Shown: in pieces, positions 25,266-38,756 of the stretch
Layout: each line of letters begins with the position of its first letter
How positions within the stretch are numbered: position 1 is the first letter of the stretch
NCBI RefSeq assembly: GCF_009914755.1
Contig: NC_060928.1
DNA length: 64,000 bases
Source: the human T2T-CHM13v2.0 reference genome, Homo sapiens
Strand: one strand, 5' to 3'
Translations under genes and position numbers: made by a program
Notes under the pieces: generated by a model
The model's input: the letters and a program-made list of their open reading frames with translations, nothing else
What the model was told of the DNA's origin: nothing
Databases searched by the model: none

Positions 25266-26398
25266 TGTGATTGCTAGTTTCACAGGAATTATTACAATTT
25301 TTATCAGTTAAAATGCATGTAAAAATGTGGAAAATGGCTTAGATGTTATGGCAGAAAAAAGAAAGGAGAAATAAAAGGTCTTCCCAAATGATTCAGCTAC
25401 TCGTTAACAGCATAATAATAAATAAAATTTGAGCCAGCCAGAGACCTAAGTTTCATTCTTGTCTTCTGCCTCATTTTAGTCTTCTATCTTTGATCATTAT
25501 ACTCTTTTAAGGTCTCTTGAATCTCCTAATGTACTTTAAAAAATATTTTCAGTTATTACTTTGGTTTACTGTTGTACAACTTTTCATGAGTATTAACAGG
25601 ATTATTTCTTGTATCCTTGAAGCCACTCTGGACTTTCACAGCGCCTGTGTCATATTATAGCTAGGTGACTGTTGAATTAATCTTTTTTTCTTAGGCCAAT
25701 AAATCCAACTATTGCCATCCGTATTTGGTCTCTATTTCTTAACATAACTTTACATCACATCATGTCACAGCACATCACATCATATCATAACATGACAAGA
25801 TGCTGCACAGCACAATAGAAAACTTGACATTCCTTTGTCATCTTACTCTAACCTCATATCTCACCAATACCTGCTTTGGAAGTACCTATTCCCTTCCATT
25901 AAAATATTTTTATTTTTTCCTTCTTGCTTTTATCTTACCACTATTACTATCCCACAGCTATATTATGATTGCACCGTAAGCTACATCAGGACAAGAAGTG
26001 AATCTTGTTGAACATGGATATTCTGATGTTTATTTTACTATACTTGTAATTTAAATTAATTAACTATAAAAATAAAGTGTCTGATGTTTATTTTACTATA
26101 CTTGCAATTTAAGTTAATTGACTATAAGAATAAAGAGATATAAATACATTTATTGAATAAATGATATGTGATGAATATGTTATCTATATAGGCATGCCTA
26201 GATAAAAATACATTGTTTCTTGCTCCAAAAGTAATTATTTTTAATGTGCCAGTCATGTTCAATAAAATCTATAGAATTCAGTTTAGTTGTTCGGGGGCCA
26301 TGCCACACTTTACTGTGATGTATTGTCTTTTAGATAAGACTAGATTCAGTTTGCTAAAATTCTGACTATGTGTACATAAGAGGGAGAATGTCTGTCTC

Positions 26399-26433
<35 letters not shown>

Positions 26434-26450
26434 GTATATATACACATATG
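26399..26450. repeat. (TG)n microsatellite
   Basis: About 13 pure TG units followed by TATG variants. Confidence 0.95.
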
Positions 26451-27071
26451 TAGAGAAGGAGAGCAAAGTTATCTTGAGCACATATATGATTACAAATAAC
26501 AACTTTTGTTTGTATGTTGAATTTCAGTGAAAGTTTCTTTATTTATTCAACATTGGAAAGATATTCCCTGTGAGTATAGACCTCTAGTTTTGTCTAAAGG
26601 CAAAACTTTAAGTCTTTAAACTTTTAACTTTTAAGTGTTTGAAAACACTTAAAGAATATCATTTTATTTTTATCTGACTTTCATAATTTACTTTGGAAGT
26701 CCTCTCCAAGTCTTTTTTAGCACTTTTCAAAGTAATATATTTTCATTTTCTTTCAGTGATTTTATTTTTCCTCAGAGAAACACCCATTATGCTCTTAGTT
26801 AGTCATAGTATGTTAATTTAGCTTAATCCAAGAAATTCTCAAACTGACCTTATGCTAGTTTTAGTTTTTAGAAGGCTCACTATACCTTTTTCTCCCCATT
26901 CTCCCTACTTTAGCAAGTAACTCTCCAGTAGAGCCTGTTTATTACTGCCATTTTTTCTTTAACAGTATTAAATCCCTCAGGAACATGACATCATGGAAAG
27001 CCTCACTCTAATTTCCATTCACTTTCTGCTCATTTCTTCATGTCCTTTACCTGCACAGCTTAAGAATCAAT

Positions 27072-27130
27072 AATATTTATTATTTTATATTATTATTGTT
27101 ATATTATATTATTATTATATTTATTTATTT
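27072..27130. repeat. (TAT)n AT-rich low complexity
   Basis: ATATTTATTATTTTATATTATTATTGTTATATTATATT... Confidence 0.75.
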
Positions 27131-27349
27131 TCCTGTGTCTCGCTCTTGTTTCAGGGATTCTTGCCATTAAGTTCTTGCATGCTTGGCAGTCTTAAACTTT
27201 GATTTTCTTTAGTTACATGAAATTTTCAAGTCCTCTGCTGTCTTCTCTGCCCATTAGAGAAACTGTCTGCCTTGTTTTTCAAACATTCATTCTAGGTCAA
27301 GATTCATCAAAAGTCTTGAGGGCCCAACTTTATATACATCATCTAGATT

Positions 27350-27490
27350 AAGCTTTTTACCAACGCTGCAAATTATAAGTTCTACTCTTATTTCACAGAC
27401 ATGATCCTTGAAGCCCAAAGAGGTTACATACCTTGCCCAAAATAGTACAGGTAGAATTAGAGGCAGTTCTCTCTCTAATCTTCACAGTCA
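27350..27490 (-). mobile_element. MIR fragment
   Basis: TATTTCACAGAC ... GAAGCCCAAAGAGGTTACATACCTTGCCCAAAATAGTACAGGTAG. Confidence 0.55.
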
Positions 27491-29579
27491 CTTCACTATG
27501 GAAGAATGCCTTCCAGATGTTGTTTAAAATAAATGAAGGAAGTTTGGTGACAAAAATGTAAGTAGGAGCTAAATTTATGAGGACTTTAGTTAATTTTTAC
27601 TTCTTGAAACATTAATGTATTTTGTTCTATAACTGACAATGATAGAGATTAAGTATTTTAGAATTCTAAATATTTGGCCTCTTTGTTAAAAAATTATGAT
27701 TATCACATTGGCTGTAGGCATTTTAAAAATTTACTGCAAATCATAGGACTTTATTAAGTTGTTTTTCTTCTTTGATAATAAAGAGTTTTTGAAAGACAAC
27801 TTTTTAATATAGATAACATAAATAGAAATTTATAGAATATCATAGTAAGTAGGTAACATGAGCTACAGCTCCCATGGAAGTTTTTATAATATTGCTCACC
27901 ATAATTGGTGATCACTGTACTTTTGTACCATCTCTTGACATTCCATTTTGGGACATTTTTTTTCTCATGTTAAGGAGTAAATAAATCTATATTTGTTGCT
28001 ATTGGTTATTCTTTTGTATAGAGAATAGATTTTGACAAATGAACATGTCAGGGAAATGTCTGCACTGTGAGGAATGTAAAAACAAGCAAAGTATATTGAA
28101 AGGGTAAGATTTGCTTCAGAATAACAGGGTGATAATTTTAGCCAGAACAAATAGGAGAGAATCAGTGGGAGAGGTGGTAATGCTATGCTGTCATAGTTAA
28201 GATTGCAATGCAATGAGCAAACAAATAGTTCTATTCTGGAATTTCAAAGAGAGCTAAATAATCAAGCAGGTCTTTGTGAAATAGTGTAGGAGTAGTTGGT
28301 CATAAAATTTTCCATTCTAATATAGTCTGAAACTTTTTCTATAAACTATATTAAAATGCTAACAATATACTAATATGAATATGCTAAATAACTCTGGTAA
28401 CTCCAGTAACATCAGATATTGACATTATTACAGACAGAACAATACTGATATCTTGGATTTTAGAGGGTGTGGAAATAGCTAGTACTCATTATATCCAGAC
28501 ATTTATTCCATATTTGTTATGTTAACAAAAATCAAATAACCAAGCCAAACAAAAACTCCAGTACTATAATGCCACTGTACAATTAAAAATCTTGCTCTTG
28601 CTTGTTATTTGTTATTTGACAGTGCTGGTAACTCTTATCAAAAGTCTCTGTTCTTATTCTCCTGAGCAGCACCCACTCTTGGTATTTCTCTCACATCTCA
28701 AAACACTCATCGTGTTTCAACTTCTCTTCCTTGGCATGCTCCTTGGAATTATGAGCTAGATCCTCTTCTCCATCCATTTTACAAAGTCCTTATGGTAAAT
28801 ACCCTCTATTTTCAGATTTTTCCACATTTATTTTATGTGCCATTATCCTTTTGTAATGATTTAGAGAGTGAGGGTCTAGCTAGGGTCCAGAATCACCTGG
28901 ACTTGGGTTCAATCACTGAATTGCTAATTAAATGAGATAAGTCACTTAACCTTCAAAGAAAAAAAAAAAGAAGAGTGAAGATGAGTCGTTACTACAAGGT
29001 GAGGGCTTCTTCCTCTTTCCTGAGAGGAAAAAAACTAATAATCTGCCTTTGATCAGATTCTAAGACAATAACCAAACCATGGTTATCTGTGATTTGGATC
29101 ACTAAACACAAGAATGAGAAATTTTTCTTTTTACCTAAGGCCAACTCATTTTGCTTTTTTGTTCACACATTTCACTGGCTTCCATTGGTCTTTCAGCCAA
29201 AGTTATAGACTTTGAGAATCCCCACAGAGTCGTCTATGGTTCTGGAATAAACCCTAGTTTAACTTAATCCTGTATTACCAGTATGAACCCACCCATTGAT
29301 AAAATAATGTATTGCATAATATTTGCACTGATTTTGGCAGATGTATTTTACCAGAGATCATAGAAATGGATGCAACTGGGCAAAGGTAGAATTCAGGCAT
29401 TCACCTGTGTCCAAAACAAGTTCCAAGTTATAGTATCAGACCTTTAAGACAAATAATAATAACACTTGCCTAACAGGTTTATTTTGACAAATAAATTATA
29501 TATCTTATATAAAACACAAAATGCAATAGGTGATTCTAATTTACCACTTAGTTTGCTCACTGCTCAATGAATGCATTCA

Positions 29580-30120
29580 TCTTTTCATGCTTTATTCAAC
29601 CAGAGAAAAATATAGAGAGAGGAAATGTATTTTGCAATAAATGCTATGACAATCTAATATAGAGAAGTCCAAAAGATACAGAGATCTAACCAAGATTATT
29701 GATGAGGAGGGTGCTGATGCAGAGAACAACAAAGGAGTAATATGCCAGTGGTAAAATAAAGAAAGCAGGTGCCATATTAAAACTCACTTGACCTAATAGA
29801 ATACTGCTGATGGGTCAACTTAATGAAGACCAAGAATTGTCCATGGGGATTTAGCAAAAATGATGCCATTGTTGACTAGAGCAAGACAATACAGCATCAT
29901 ATTTTATGAAGAGATGTGGATAAAATATGGATTCAAATCAATTCATGAGAGAAAAATTTGACAAAACTTATCAAAAAGAATAGACAAGTCTTTTCAAATG
30001 TTGATGTAAAAGGTTTTCAGAGAATGGAGCATTAAAGGGTTTTATAAGATCACAAGGGAGCTGTTTCAGTTTGTTTGTTTGTTTGTTTTTTAACAGAGTT
30101 GGTAGATAGAAAGAGAGAAA
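29580..30120 (-). mobile_element. L2 fragments
   Basis: TAATGAAGACCAAGAATTGTCCATGGGGATTTAGCAA...GCCATTGTTGAC and GACAAGTCTTTTCAAATG match antisense L2. Confidence 0.5.
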
Positions 30121-30879
30121 GCTGGCAAAGGAAAATGAGTTTATTTCAATGGCCTCAACTGACGCATAAGGGCTCACTTACATTCAACAATAGACCAACA
30201 TTCAGACTCTTATTTTGGTGCAGTAGACAAGTATGGATGCAGCTGTATTGCCTACTATTCCCTTAACACCTATTTTTTAAGCTTTTAGGGAAAGATTAAT
30301 ATTAGATTGATATTAATATTAATTAGATTGATATCGATAAAATATTTAGTTAATTTAATCTTTTAATAAAGCCATATATTCTTATTGTTGAAGTACTATT
30401 ATTGTTATTTTTACTATTTTGGAGGGACTATTCCTTGTGGTTGGCCATGTTGGTGACTAATATTGAACTTGGCTTGGCTACCACTATGTCTCTATCTTTA
30501 AATGTTTATTCAAATAAAAAAATTAATAACTAGGTCTCAAAAGTCATTCTAGTCCAACTAGGTCTCAAAAGTCATTCTAACAAGCAGAATTATTAAGACT
30601 GTGTCTTGTACTCCATTTTGCAACAAGAAATAGAGATTTTTTTTCTCATTGGGTCAGTTATTCTGTAGAATGTTATATCAGAAGCAGAGGCTTATTTCTT
30701 ATTAGCTTAGTTTCTCTTAAGTTCCTTTCCTGGGAGGTGATGTCTTATTTCTCATTGCTTTGACTGTTTAGTATTGCACAGGTAAATAAATTCAATATCT
30801 ATAGTGGCTAAAACATTCTTGTAATCTGGTCAGTTATTTTTTTGTCATAGTACTTACAGTTCTTCAGCAATTTTCAATT

Positions 30880-31650
30880 TCTTCTATATTTCAAAGGTGA
30901 GAAACTCACCTCTTGTTCAAACTCTATGTATAACTGATTCTACAAATACCACCCCTTAAATGTCTCCTAAAACTTTCAACCATCTGTACTGCTACAGCTT
31001 TCATTCTAGCATAATACATGAGTATGTCTTATTTGGTCTATAATAATACATTTCTACATCCCTCTCATTCTTTTCAACTTTTGCTCTAAGTTGAAAGGGT
31101 TACTTTTCAGACTGCAACTATGTTCATGTCATAACTCTATAAAACTTTCATATTGTCTTTACTATAAATTCAAATTCTTAAAAAAGTATTCTTTTAAAAG
31201 AAAAACCCTACCTACTTCTCCAGCTCCAGCTTTAGCAACTCCAGCTCCTCTTCATTTTTATTTTAGCAATGCCAAGATATTTTTAGATCTCTGAAATACC
31301 AGTGAATACTAGCGATCTTCCTAGTTCCTGGGTTCTTTTCCCAATGCAAGGAATACTCTTCTGTTGTCATTCTCCATTTAAGTAGTCAATTTTTGTTCAA
31401 ACTTCAAGTCACACCTTGAATGTGTGGGGTTTTTTCAGAGAGATTAAAAATCACTTTTTAGTATTTCCATAGCATACTGTAATCTTTGTTATTGTAATTG
31501 TTTAATTTGCTTTAATGTATTATTTTGCCCCTCATATTTGAGCTACATTGAAGAAGGGCTCGTTCTATCTTGCTCTCTTTTATACTCATGGAACATAGAA
31601 CTGCTCTTACCCCGAGTAGGTAATAAGTCGTTAGTGACTAAATGAATATC
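30880..31650 (+). mobile_element. L2 3' region
   Basis: TCCCAATGCAAGGAATACTCTT, TTTGAGCTACATTGAAG..GGGCT and the tail GAGTAGGTAATAAGTCGTTAGTGACTAAATGAAT. Confidence 0.6.
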
Positions 31651-32091
31651 TAAGTGTATCAATAAGAAAAACATCCTGAAATTATTTTTCATAGTGAGAA
31701 AATCAGTTTTTTTCCCTCTCTAGTTAGGAGAGTCAGGGAGGAAGTAGTATGTACTTATCAAATAATAAATCATAAGGAAAAAATAAAAACTTTTTATATA
31801 GTGCTTTCAGAAACATTGTGAATAAATTTGTTTTCACATATAGTTGACCCCAAGTAAATTCCTCATCAAATCTGAGACATCAAATCTGAGGCAGTGTTAG
31901 ATTTTTAATTCACAGTTTCTTGAAAGCCACAGGTAAAAACAAAACTCCTTCAATTTTATAAAGAGAGATGAGGATAAGTATTTAAATATACATACAACAT
32001 ATATTGAGTGTATTAGTAATATTATCAGCTGTAAAATATTTCCTGTACCTCGTGTCCTATATTTTACAACACAATACTGGAAGTGGACTAT

Positions 32092-34398
32092 TGATATGGT
32101 TTGGCTGTGTCCCCACCCAAATCTCATCCTGAATTGTAACTCCCACAATTCCCATGTGTTGTAGGAGGAATCTGGTGGGAGGTGATTGAATTAAGGGGGT
32201 GGGTCTTTCCAGTGCCTTTCTGGTGATAGTTAATCAGTCTCACAAGATCTTATGATTTTAAAAATGGGAGTTTCCTTGCACAAGCTCTCTCTTTGCCTAC
32301 TTCCTTCCATGTAAGACATGACTTGCTCCTCCTTGCTTTCTGCCAAGATTATGAGGTCTCACCAGCCATGTGTAAGTCCACTAAACCTCTTTCTTTTGGA
32401 AATTTCCCAGTCTCAGGTATGTCCTTATCAGCAGCATGAAAATGGACTAATACAGTAAATTGGTACCAGTGGAGTGAGGCATTGCTGAAAAGATACTAAA
32501 AAATGTGGAAGTGACTTTGGAACTGGGTAACAGGCAGAGGTTGGAACAATTTGGAGGGCTTGGAAGAAGACAGGAAAATGTAGGAAAGTGTGGAACTTCC
32601 CAGAGACTTGTTAAATGGCTTTGACAAAAATGTTGATAGTGATATGGACAATAATGTCCAGGCTGAGGTGGTCTCAGATGGAAATGAGAAACTTTCTGGG
32701 AACTAGAGCAAAGGTGACTTCTTATGTTTTAGAAAGACACTGGCAGCATTTTGCCCCTGCCTTAGTGATTTGTGGAACTTTCAACATGAGAGAGATGATT
32801 TAGAGTACCTGATGGAAGAAATTTCTAAGTAGCAAAGCATTCAAGAGGTCACTTGGGTACAGTAAAAGGCATTCAGTTTTGTAAGGGAAGAAGAACATAA
32901 AAGTCTGGAAAATTTGCAGCCTGGCAATGTGATAGAAAAGAAAATCCCATTTTCTGAGGAGAAATTCAAGCTGGCTGCAGAAATTTGCATAACAAACAAG
33001 GAGCTGAATGTTAATCCCCAAGACAATGGGAAAAAAATATCTCCAGGACATGTCAGAGGTCTTTATGGCAGCCCCTCCCATCACAGGCTCAGAGGTCTAG
33101 GAAGAAAAAATGGTTTCTTGGGCTGGGTCCAGGGTCCCCACGCTGTGTGCAGCCTAGGAACTTGGTGCCATGTGCCCCAGCTGCTCAAGCCATGACTAAA
33201 AGAGGCCAAGGTACAGCTCTGGCCTTGGCTTCAGAGGGTGCAAGTCCCAAGTCTTGGCAGCTTCCAAGTGGTGTTGAGCCTGCAGGTGCACAGAAGTCAA
33301 GAATTGGGATTTGAGAACCTCTACCTAGATTTCAGAGGATGTATGGAAATGCCTGGATGTTCAGGCAGCAGTTTGCTTCAGGGCTGGGGCTCTCCTGGAG
33401 AACCTCTGCTAAGGCAGTGCAGAAAGGAAATGTGGTGTTGGAGTCTCCACACAGAGTCCCTACTGGGACACTGCCTAGTGGAGCTCTGTGAAGAGGGCCA
33501 CTGTCCTTTAGTCCCCAGAATAGTAGATCCAGTGACAGCTTGCACTGTGTGCCTAGAAAATCTGCAGACACTCAATGTCAGCCCATGAAAGCAGCTGGGA
33601 GGGAGGCCATACCCTGCAAAGTCACAGGGGTGGTGCTGCCCAATACCATGGGAACCCACCTCTTGCATCAGCATGACCTGGATATGAGACATGGAGTCAA
33701 AGGAGATCATTTTGGAGCTTTGAGATTTGACTGCCCCTCTGGATTTCAGATTTGCATGGTGCCTTTAGCCCCTCTGTTTTAGCCAATGTCTCCCATTTGG
33801 AATGGTTGTGTTTACCCAATTCTTGTACCCTCATTTATCTAGGAAGTAACATAACTTGCTTTTGATTTTATAGGCTCACAGGCAGAAGGGACTTGCCTTG
33901 TCTCAGATGAGACGTTGGACTGTAGACTTTTGAGTTATTGCTGAATGAGTTAAGACTTCATGGGACTGTTGGGAAGGCGTGGTTGGTTTTGAAATGTGAG
34001 GACATGAGATTTGGGAGAGGTCAGGGGTGGAATGATATGGTTTGGCTGTGTCCCCATACAAATCTCATCTTGAATTGTAACCTCCACAATTCCCACATGT
34101 CATGGGAGGAACTTGTTGGGATATGATTGAATTGTGAGGGCAAGTTGCTCCTGTGCTGTTCTCATGACAGTGAGTATCACAAGATCTGATGGTTTTAAAA
34201 ATGGGACTTTCCTTGTAGAAGCTCTCTCTTTGCCTCCTTCCATCCATGTAAGATGTGACTTACTCCTCCTTGCTTTCTGCCATGATTGTGAGGTCTTCCC
34301 AGCCATGTGGACCTGTAAGTCCGTTAAACCCTCTTTCTTTTGTAAATTGCCCAGTCTCGGGTATGTCTTTATCAGCAGTGTGAGAACAGACTAATACA
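32092..34398 (+). mobile_element. Full-length THE1 (THE1B/C-like) MaLR: 5'LTR 32092-32454, internal 32455-34032, 3'LTR 34033-34398
   Basis: Both LTRs run TGATATGGTTTGGCTGTGTCCCCA ... GACTAATACA; internal region starts GTAAATTGGTACCAG and ends in purine-rich GGGAGAGGTCAGGGGTGGAA; 5-bp TSD ACTAT/ACGAT. Confidence 0.95.
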
Positions 34399-34809
34399 AC
34401 GATTGCCTTCAATTTGTAGGTGGTCAAAATGATGCCTAAACAATCATTAATAATAAGGGAAGATATTTGTTCCTGGGTCTGTCTGATTTCAAAGCCCATG
34501 ATTGTAATACAGAAATCAAGTTAGTTTCTCAGGGTAAGTTTTAGTGACAATGGATTTTTGATACTCAACTACAATGTAATTTTAGATAGATTATGTTTTT
34601 GTCTTAGTTAGGAAAACTGATATAAAACCTATTCCATTATCTGAATGGAATTTACTATTTCTATTTCTAATCATTGTTGCAATGCAGACAAGTTTTCATG
34701 TCTATATCTAAGGTAAGAAATACAAGATGATCATAGTGTTGAGGAAGATAAAAATTAGACTGATACTTGTGAAGAAGAGAAATTCCACAAATTTATTTTT
34801 TCTTCTTCA

Positions 34810-35130
34810 GAGTGGCAGGTCACTCTTCCTTCTCTACTAGGGAGGGGCTGCCTACACTCCCAATTGCCTGCAATGTCTCCAGGCAGTCTGTGGCAAATAT
34901 GTAACTCCTTCCTAATTTGTTGCACTTAATGTTTGTTCTTTAGGTGGAATTGTGAGATATGGAGTTCTTCTCTTGCAATGTAACCCGTGATGAGTCCAAG
35001 TGTGTCCTGGCTCCTGAATGCTTCTCTATGGGATTATGAAACCTCACCTGACATTATGCCTCATCTTACCTAAGCACTGCTTTTTATAGAAAGCTTGCTC
35101 TGTGCTTACACTAAAGGTTGAGGTGGGGTT
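34810..35130 (+). mobile_element. Possible old ERVL-type LTR remnant (LTR41/LTR50-like)
   Basis: GC-richer block with GAGGGGCTGCCTAC, TGTGGCAAATATG and TCTTGCAATGTAACCC; recalled similarity only. Confidence 0.35.
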
Positions 35131-35525
35131 TGCTTCCTCAATTTATATTTAATAGATACATGATCATTATACAGAGATATCGACATAATAGATTGAAGTT
35201 TACTGTGATATTATGTTTAATTTAATAGTGCTTTTATATTTGTTATGTGATGAAATGAATGAACGTTTAAACATAAGGTACCAGAAGTCCTTTTTACTTG
35301 CTTTTGGCAAATATGAGGAACATATTTTTTTTAACCAATCATGCATAGCATAAAGACTAGCACTTTTCAGATTGTGCCTGAACGTGATATCAAGTCTATT
35401 ATTTTTCAGGGTTGCTGATAATCCTAGTATGAAGATATGAAATAATTTTCATTAATTTCCTACAGTAAGGAATTTTAAACTTCAAAATTTGAAGTCTAAT
35501 GGTAATAATGTATGCTTAGATCAAC

Positions 35526-35822
35526 TTTTTTTTTTTTTTGAGAGGGAGTTTCGCTCTGTCACCCAGGCTGGAGTGCAGTGGCACGATCTCGGCTCACTGC
35601 AAGCCCTGCCTCCCAGGTTCACGCCATTCTCCTGCCTCAGCTCCTGAGTAGCTGGGACTACAGGCACCTGCCACCATGCCCAGCTAATTTTTTTTTGTAT
35701 TTTTAGTAGTGACGGGGTTTCACTGTGTTAGCCAGGATGGTCTCGATCTCCTGACCTTGTGATCTGCCTGCCTCAGCCTCCCAAAGTGCTGGGATTACAG
35801 GCGTGAGCCACCGCACCCTGCC
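35526..35822 (-). mobile_element. AluY SINE
   Basis: poly-T plus full dimer; Y-type segments GCAAGC..GCCTCCCAGGTTCACGCCATTC and TTAGCCAGGATGGTCTCGATCTCCTGACC; TSD TAGATCAACTTTT/TAGATCAGCTTTT; many CpGs decayed. Confidence 0.93.
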
Positions 35823-35894
35823 TAGATCAGCTTTTGAGGCACTGAGGAAAAGAGTTGTTTTAACTTGCTGAGCATATCTTCCCAAAGTTATTTA

Positions 35895-37033
35895 TTTAGA
35901 TAATTATTTTCTTCAACTTTTAGGTTCAGGGGGTACATGTGCAGACTTGTTACATGGGTATATCACATGAGCTAAGGTTTGTGGTATGATTACTCTTATC
36001 ACCCAGGTAGTGAGCACAGTACCCGATAGGTAGTTTTTTCAGCTCATACCCCTCCTCCTCCTTTTACCCTCTAGTAGTCTCCAATGTCTATTGTTTCCAT
36101 CTTGGGGTCTGTATGTACCAAATGTTTAGTTCCCACTTATAAGTTAGAAGACACAGTATTTGGTTTTCTCTTCCTGCAGTAATTCACTTAGGATAACAAC
36201 CTTCAGCTGCAACCTTGCTGCTGCAAAAGACACAATTTTGCCCTTTTTCCTGGCTGTGAAGTATTCCATTGTATACATATACCACCATTACTTTATCAAA
36301 TCCAACATTTTAATGGGCACCTAGGTTGATTCAATGTCTTTACTATTGTGAATAGTGGCACAATAAACATACAAGCATGTGTGTCTTGTTGGTAGAACAA
36401 TTTATTTTCCTTTGGGTGTACTCAGCAATGGGCTTTCTGGGTCAAAGGGTAGTTCTGTTTTAAGTTATTTGAGAATTCTCTGCATGGCTTTCCACAGGAG
36501 CTGAATAAGTTTACATCCCAACAAACATTTATAAATGTTCCCTTTTCTCTGCAGCCTTGATGGCATCTATTATTTTTTGACTTTTTAATAGTAGCCATTC
36601 TGACTGACATGAGATCGTATCTATCTCATTGTGGTTTTGATTTGCGTTTCTTTAATGAAACGTAATGTCGAGCATTTTTAAATGTTTGTTGGTAACCTGT
36701 ATGTCTTGTTTTGAGAAGTGTCTGTCCTTTGCCTACTTTTTAGTGAGGTTATTTTTTTTTTTTTGCTTGTTATTTTGTATAAGTTCCTTATAGATTCTGG
36801 ATATTAGACCTCTGTTGTATGCATAGTTTGCTAATATTTTCTTTCATTCTGTATGGTGTCTATTTATTCTTTACACTTTTGAAATTTTTTTTTTTTTTTC
36901 TGCACAGAAGCTCTTTAGTTTAATTGGGTTTTGCTTGTCAATTTTTGTGTTTGTTGCAATTGTTTTGGGATCTTGAGCCATATATATTTTTTGACTGTTA
37001 GCCTATTGCCAATGTCCAGAATGGTATTTCCTA
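35895..37033 (-). mobile_element. L1PA15/16-L1PB-type 3' end, 5'-truncated
   Basis: TTCAACTTTTAGGTTCAGGGGGTACATGTGCAG, ATCACCCAGGTAGTGAGC, TAGCCATTCTGACTG; ORF 36422-36610 gives L1 ORF2 C-terminal-like VRMATIKKSKNNRC. Confidence 0.9.
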
Positions 37034-38494
37034 AAATTTAAAATTGCTGAAATACACACAGCCATGCTACAACTCTTATTCACTCTATACTGAGGTATAT
37101 AAAATAAATACCACTTTTTTAAAAATTCTCATAGCTATGTTGATTACTCATAGGCCAGCACTTGGCTATTTATCAGAGAAACAAATACAATCAGTCAAAT
37201 TTTGAAATATATAAGATTTTAGTGCCTCCCAGTCTCAATGGTTACTTTTTCATGGATTCCTCTCTTTTATGTCAAAGCACTGTTTCTTAAATTCAGTCCT
37301 TTGTTTCTCTCCATGATGGTATTTTTTTAAAGGAGAAGTCAGGTTTGTGTGACATCTGGCAGTTGAGGAAGACAAAGACCAAAAATCCTTGCAGTACCTT
37401 CTAAACCATTCAAGCCTTTGGTTAAAAAAAAAAAAAGACTGATATGATCTTCCCTTTGACCTAGTGATCTCTGAATTGTGACTCATCCAAGCTTGTCTTT
37501 TAGAGTGTTGTAGTAACCCTGCCATTGGAATCCCTGGCCTTGACCATTGCCTTTATGTTGAATTCCCTACAAGTAACACATTCATTGTGCATTGTGACTC
37601 AAGACATTTACTGGAACTTGACTCTGATAGGACCTTATTACATTGTCACCAGGGCATCAGAGATTTCTGAATCCTCTTCTTAGTTTACATAGTCCTTTGG
37701 GGAAACAGAATTCCTGACTCAGTCTATTTTATCCATCCATCTCCCCTCACCATTCTGGCACAATTATCACCTCTTCAAGTTGGTTGTTTCCTTGAGGACA
37801 TGTCCAAAAAGCCTGGCATATCCACAAGATTCTTAGAACTGTGCACTTATAGCTTCCTCCCTCCTCCTTCCCAATATTGTTGGGCTTCCTGCGTATCTTT
37901 TCGGAATTTGAAGTGAGGAAGACAGAACAGGCTGATGTGATATCTTCTCACAACTCTCTCTGTCTGTGGGGAAAAGCAAGAGAGATCAGATTGTTACTGT
38001 GTCTGTGTAGAAAGAAGTAGACATAGGAGACTCCATTTTGTTCTGTACTAAGAAAAATTCTTCTGCCTTGAGATTCTGTTAATCTATAACCTTACCCCCA
38101 ACCCCGTGCTCTCTGAAACATGTGCTGTGTCAACTCAGAGTTAAATGGATTAAGGGCGGTGCAAGATGTGTTTTGTTAAACAGATGCTTGAAGGCAGCAT
38201 GCTCCTTAAGAGTCATCACCACTCCCTAATCTCAAGTACCCAGGGACACAAAAACTGCGGAAGGCCGCAGGGACCTCTGCCTAGGAAAGCCAGGTATTGT
38301 CCAAGGTTTCTCCCCATGTGACAGTCTGAAATATGGCCTCGTGGGAAGGGAAAGACCTGACCGTCCCCCAGCCCGACACCCGTAAAGGGTCTGTGCTGAG
38401 GAGGATTAGTAAAAGAGGGAGGAATGCCTCTTGCAGTTGAGACTAGAGGAAGGCATCTGTCTCCTGCCCGTCCCTGGGCAATGGAATGTCTCGG

Positions 38495-38501
38495 TATAAA
38501 A
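38495..38501 (+). promoter_or_regulatory. TATA-like box within LTR5_Hs
   Basis: TATAAAA in the usual HML-2 LTR context (CTCGGTATAAAACCCGA). Confidence 0.6.
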
Positions 38502-38643
38502 CCCGATTGTATGCTCCATCTACTGAGATAGGGAAAAATCGCCTTAGGGATGGAGGTGGGACCTGCGGGCAGCAATACTGCTTTGTAAAGCATTGAGATG
38601 TTTATGTGTATGCATATCTAAAAGCACAGCACTTAATCCTTTA

Positions 38644-38662
38644 CATTGTCTATGATGCAAAG
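38644..38662 (+). promoter_or_regulatory. SOX-like CATTGTC and OCT4-like ATGCAAAG motifs in LTR5_Hs
   Basis: CATTGTCTATGATGCAAAG; LTR5_Hs is known to carry an OCT4-bound motif. Confidence 0.5.
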
Positions 38663-38756
38663 ACCTTTGTTCACGTGTTTGTCTGCTGACCCTCTCCCCA
38701 CAATTGTCTTGTGACCCTGACACATCCCCCTCTTCGAGAAACACCCACAAATGATC

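Noticed and set aside
31864-31891. 14-bp doublet CATCAAATCTGAG(A/G) and similar short doublets near 5800-5845, 15437-15460 and 30295-30335
   Set aside because: Short slippage duplications common in AT-rich DNA; nothing distinctive.
32615-34499. Cluster of overlapping 60-116 aa ORFs
   Set aside because: They lie in THE1 internal and LTR sequence, where higher GC lengthens chance frames; no intact MaLR ORF is evident.
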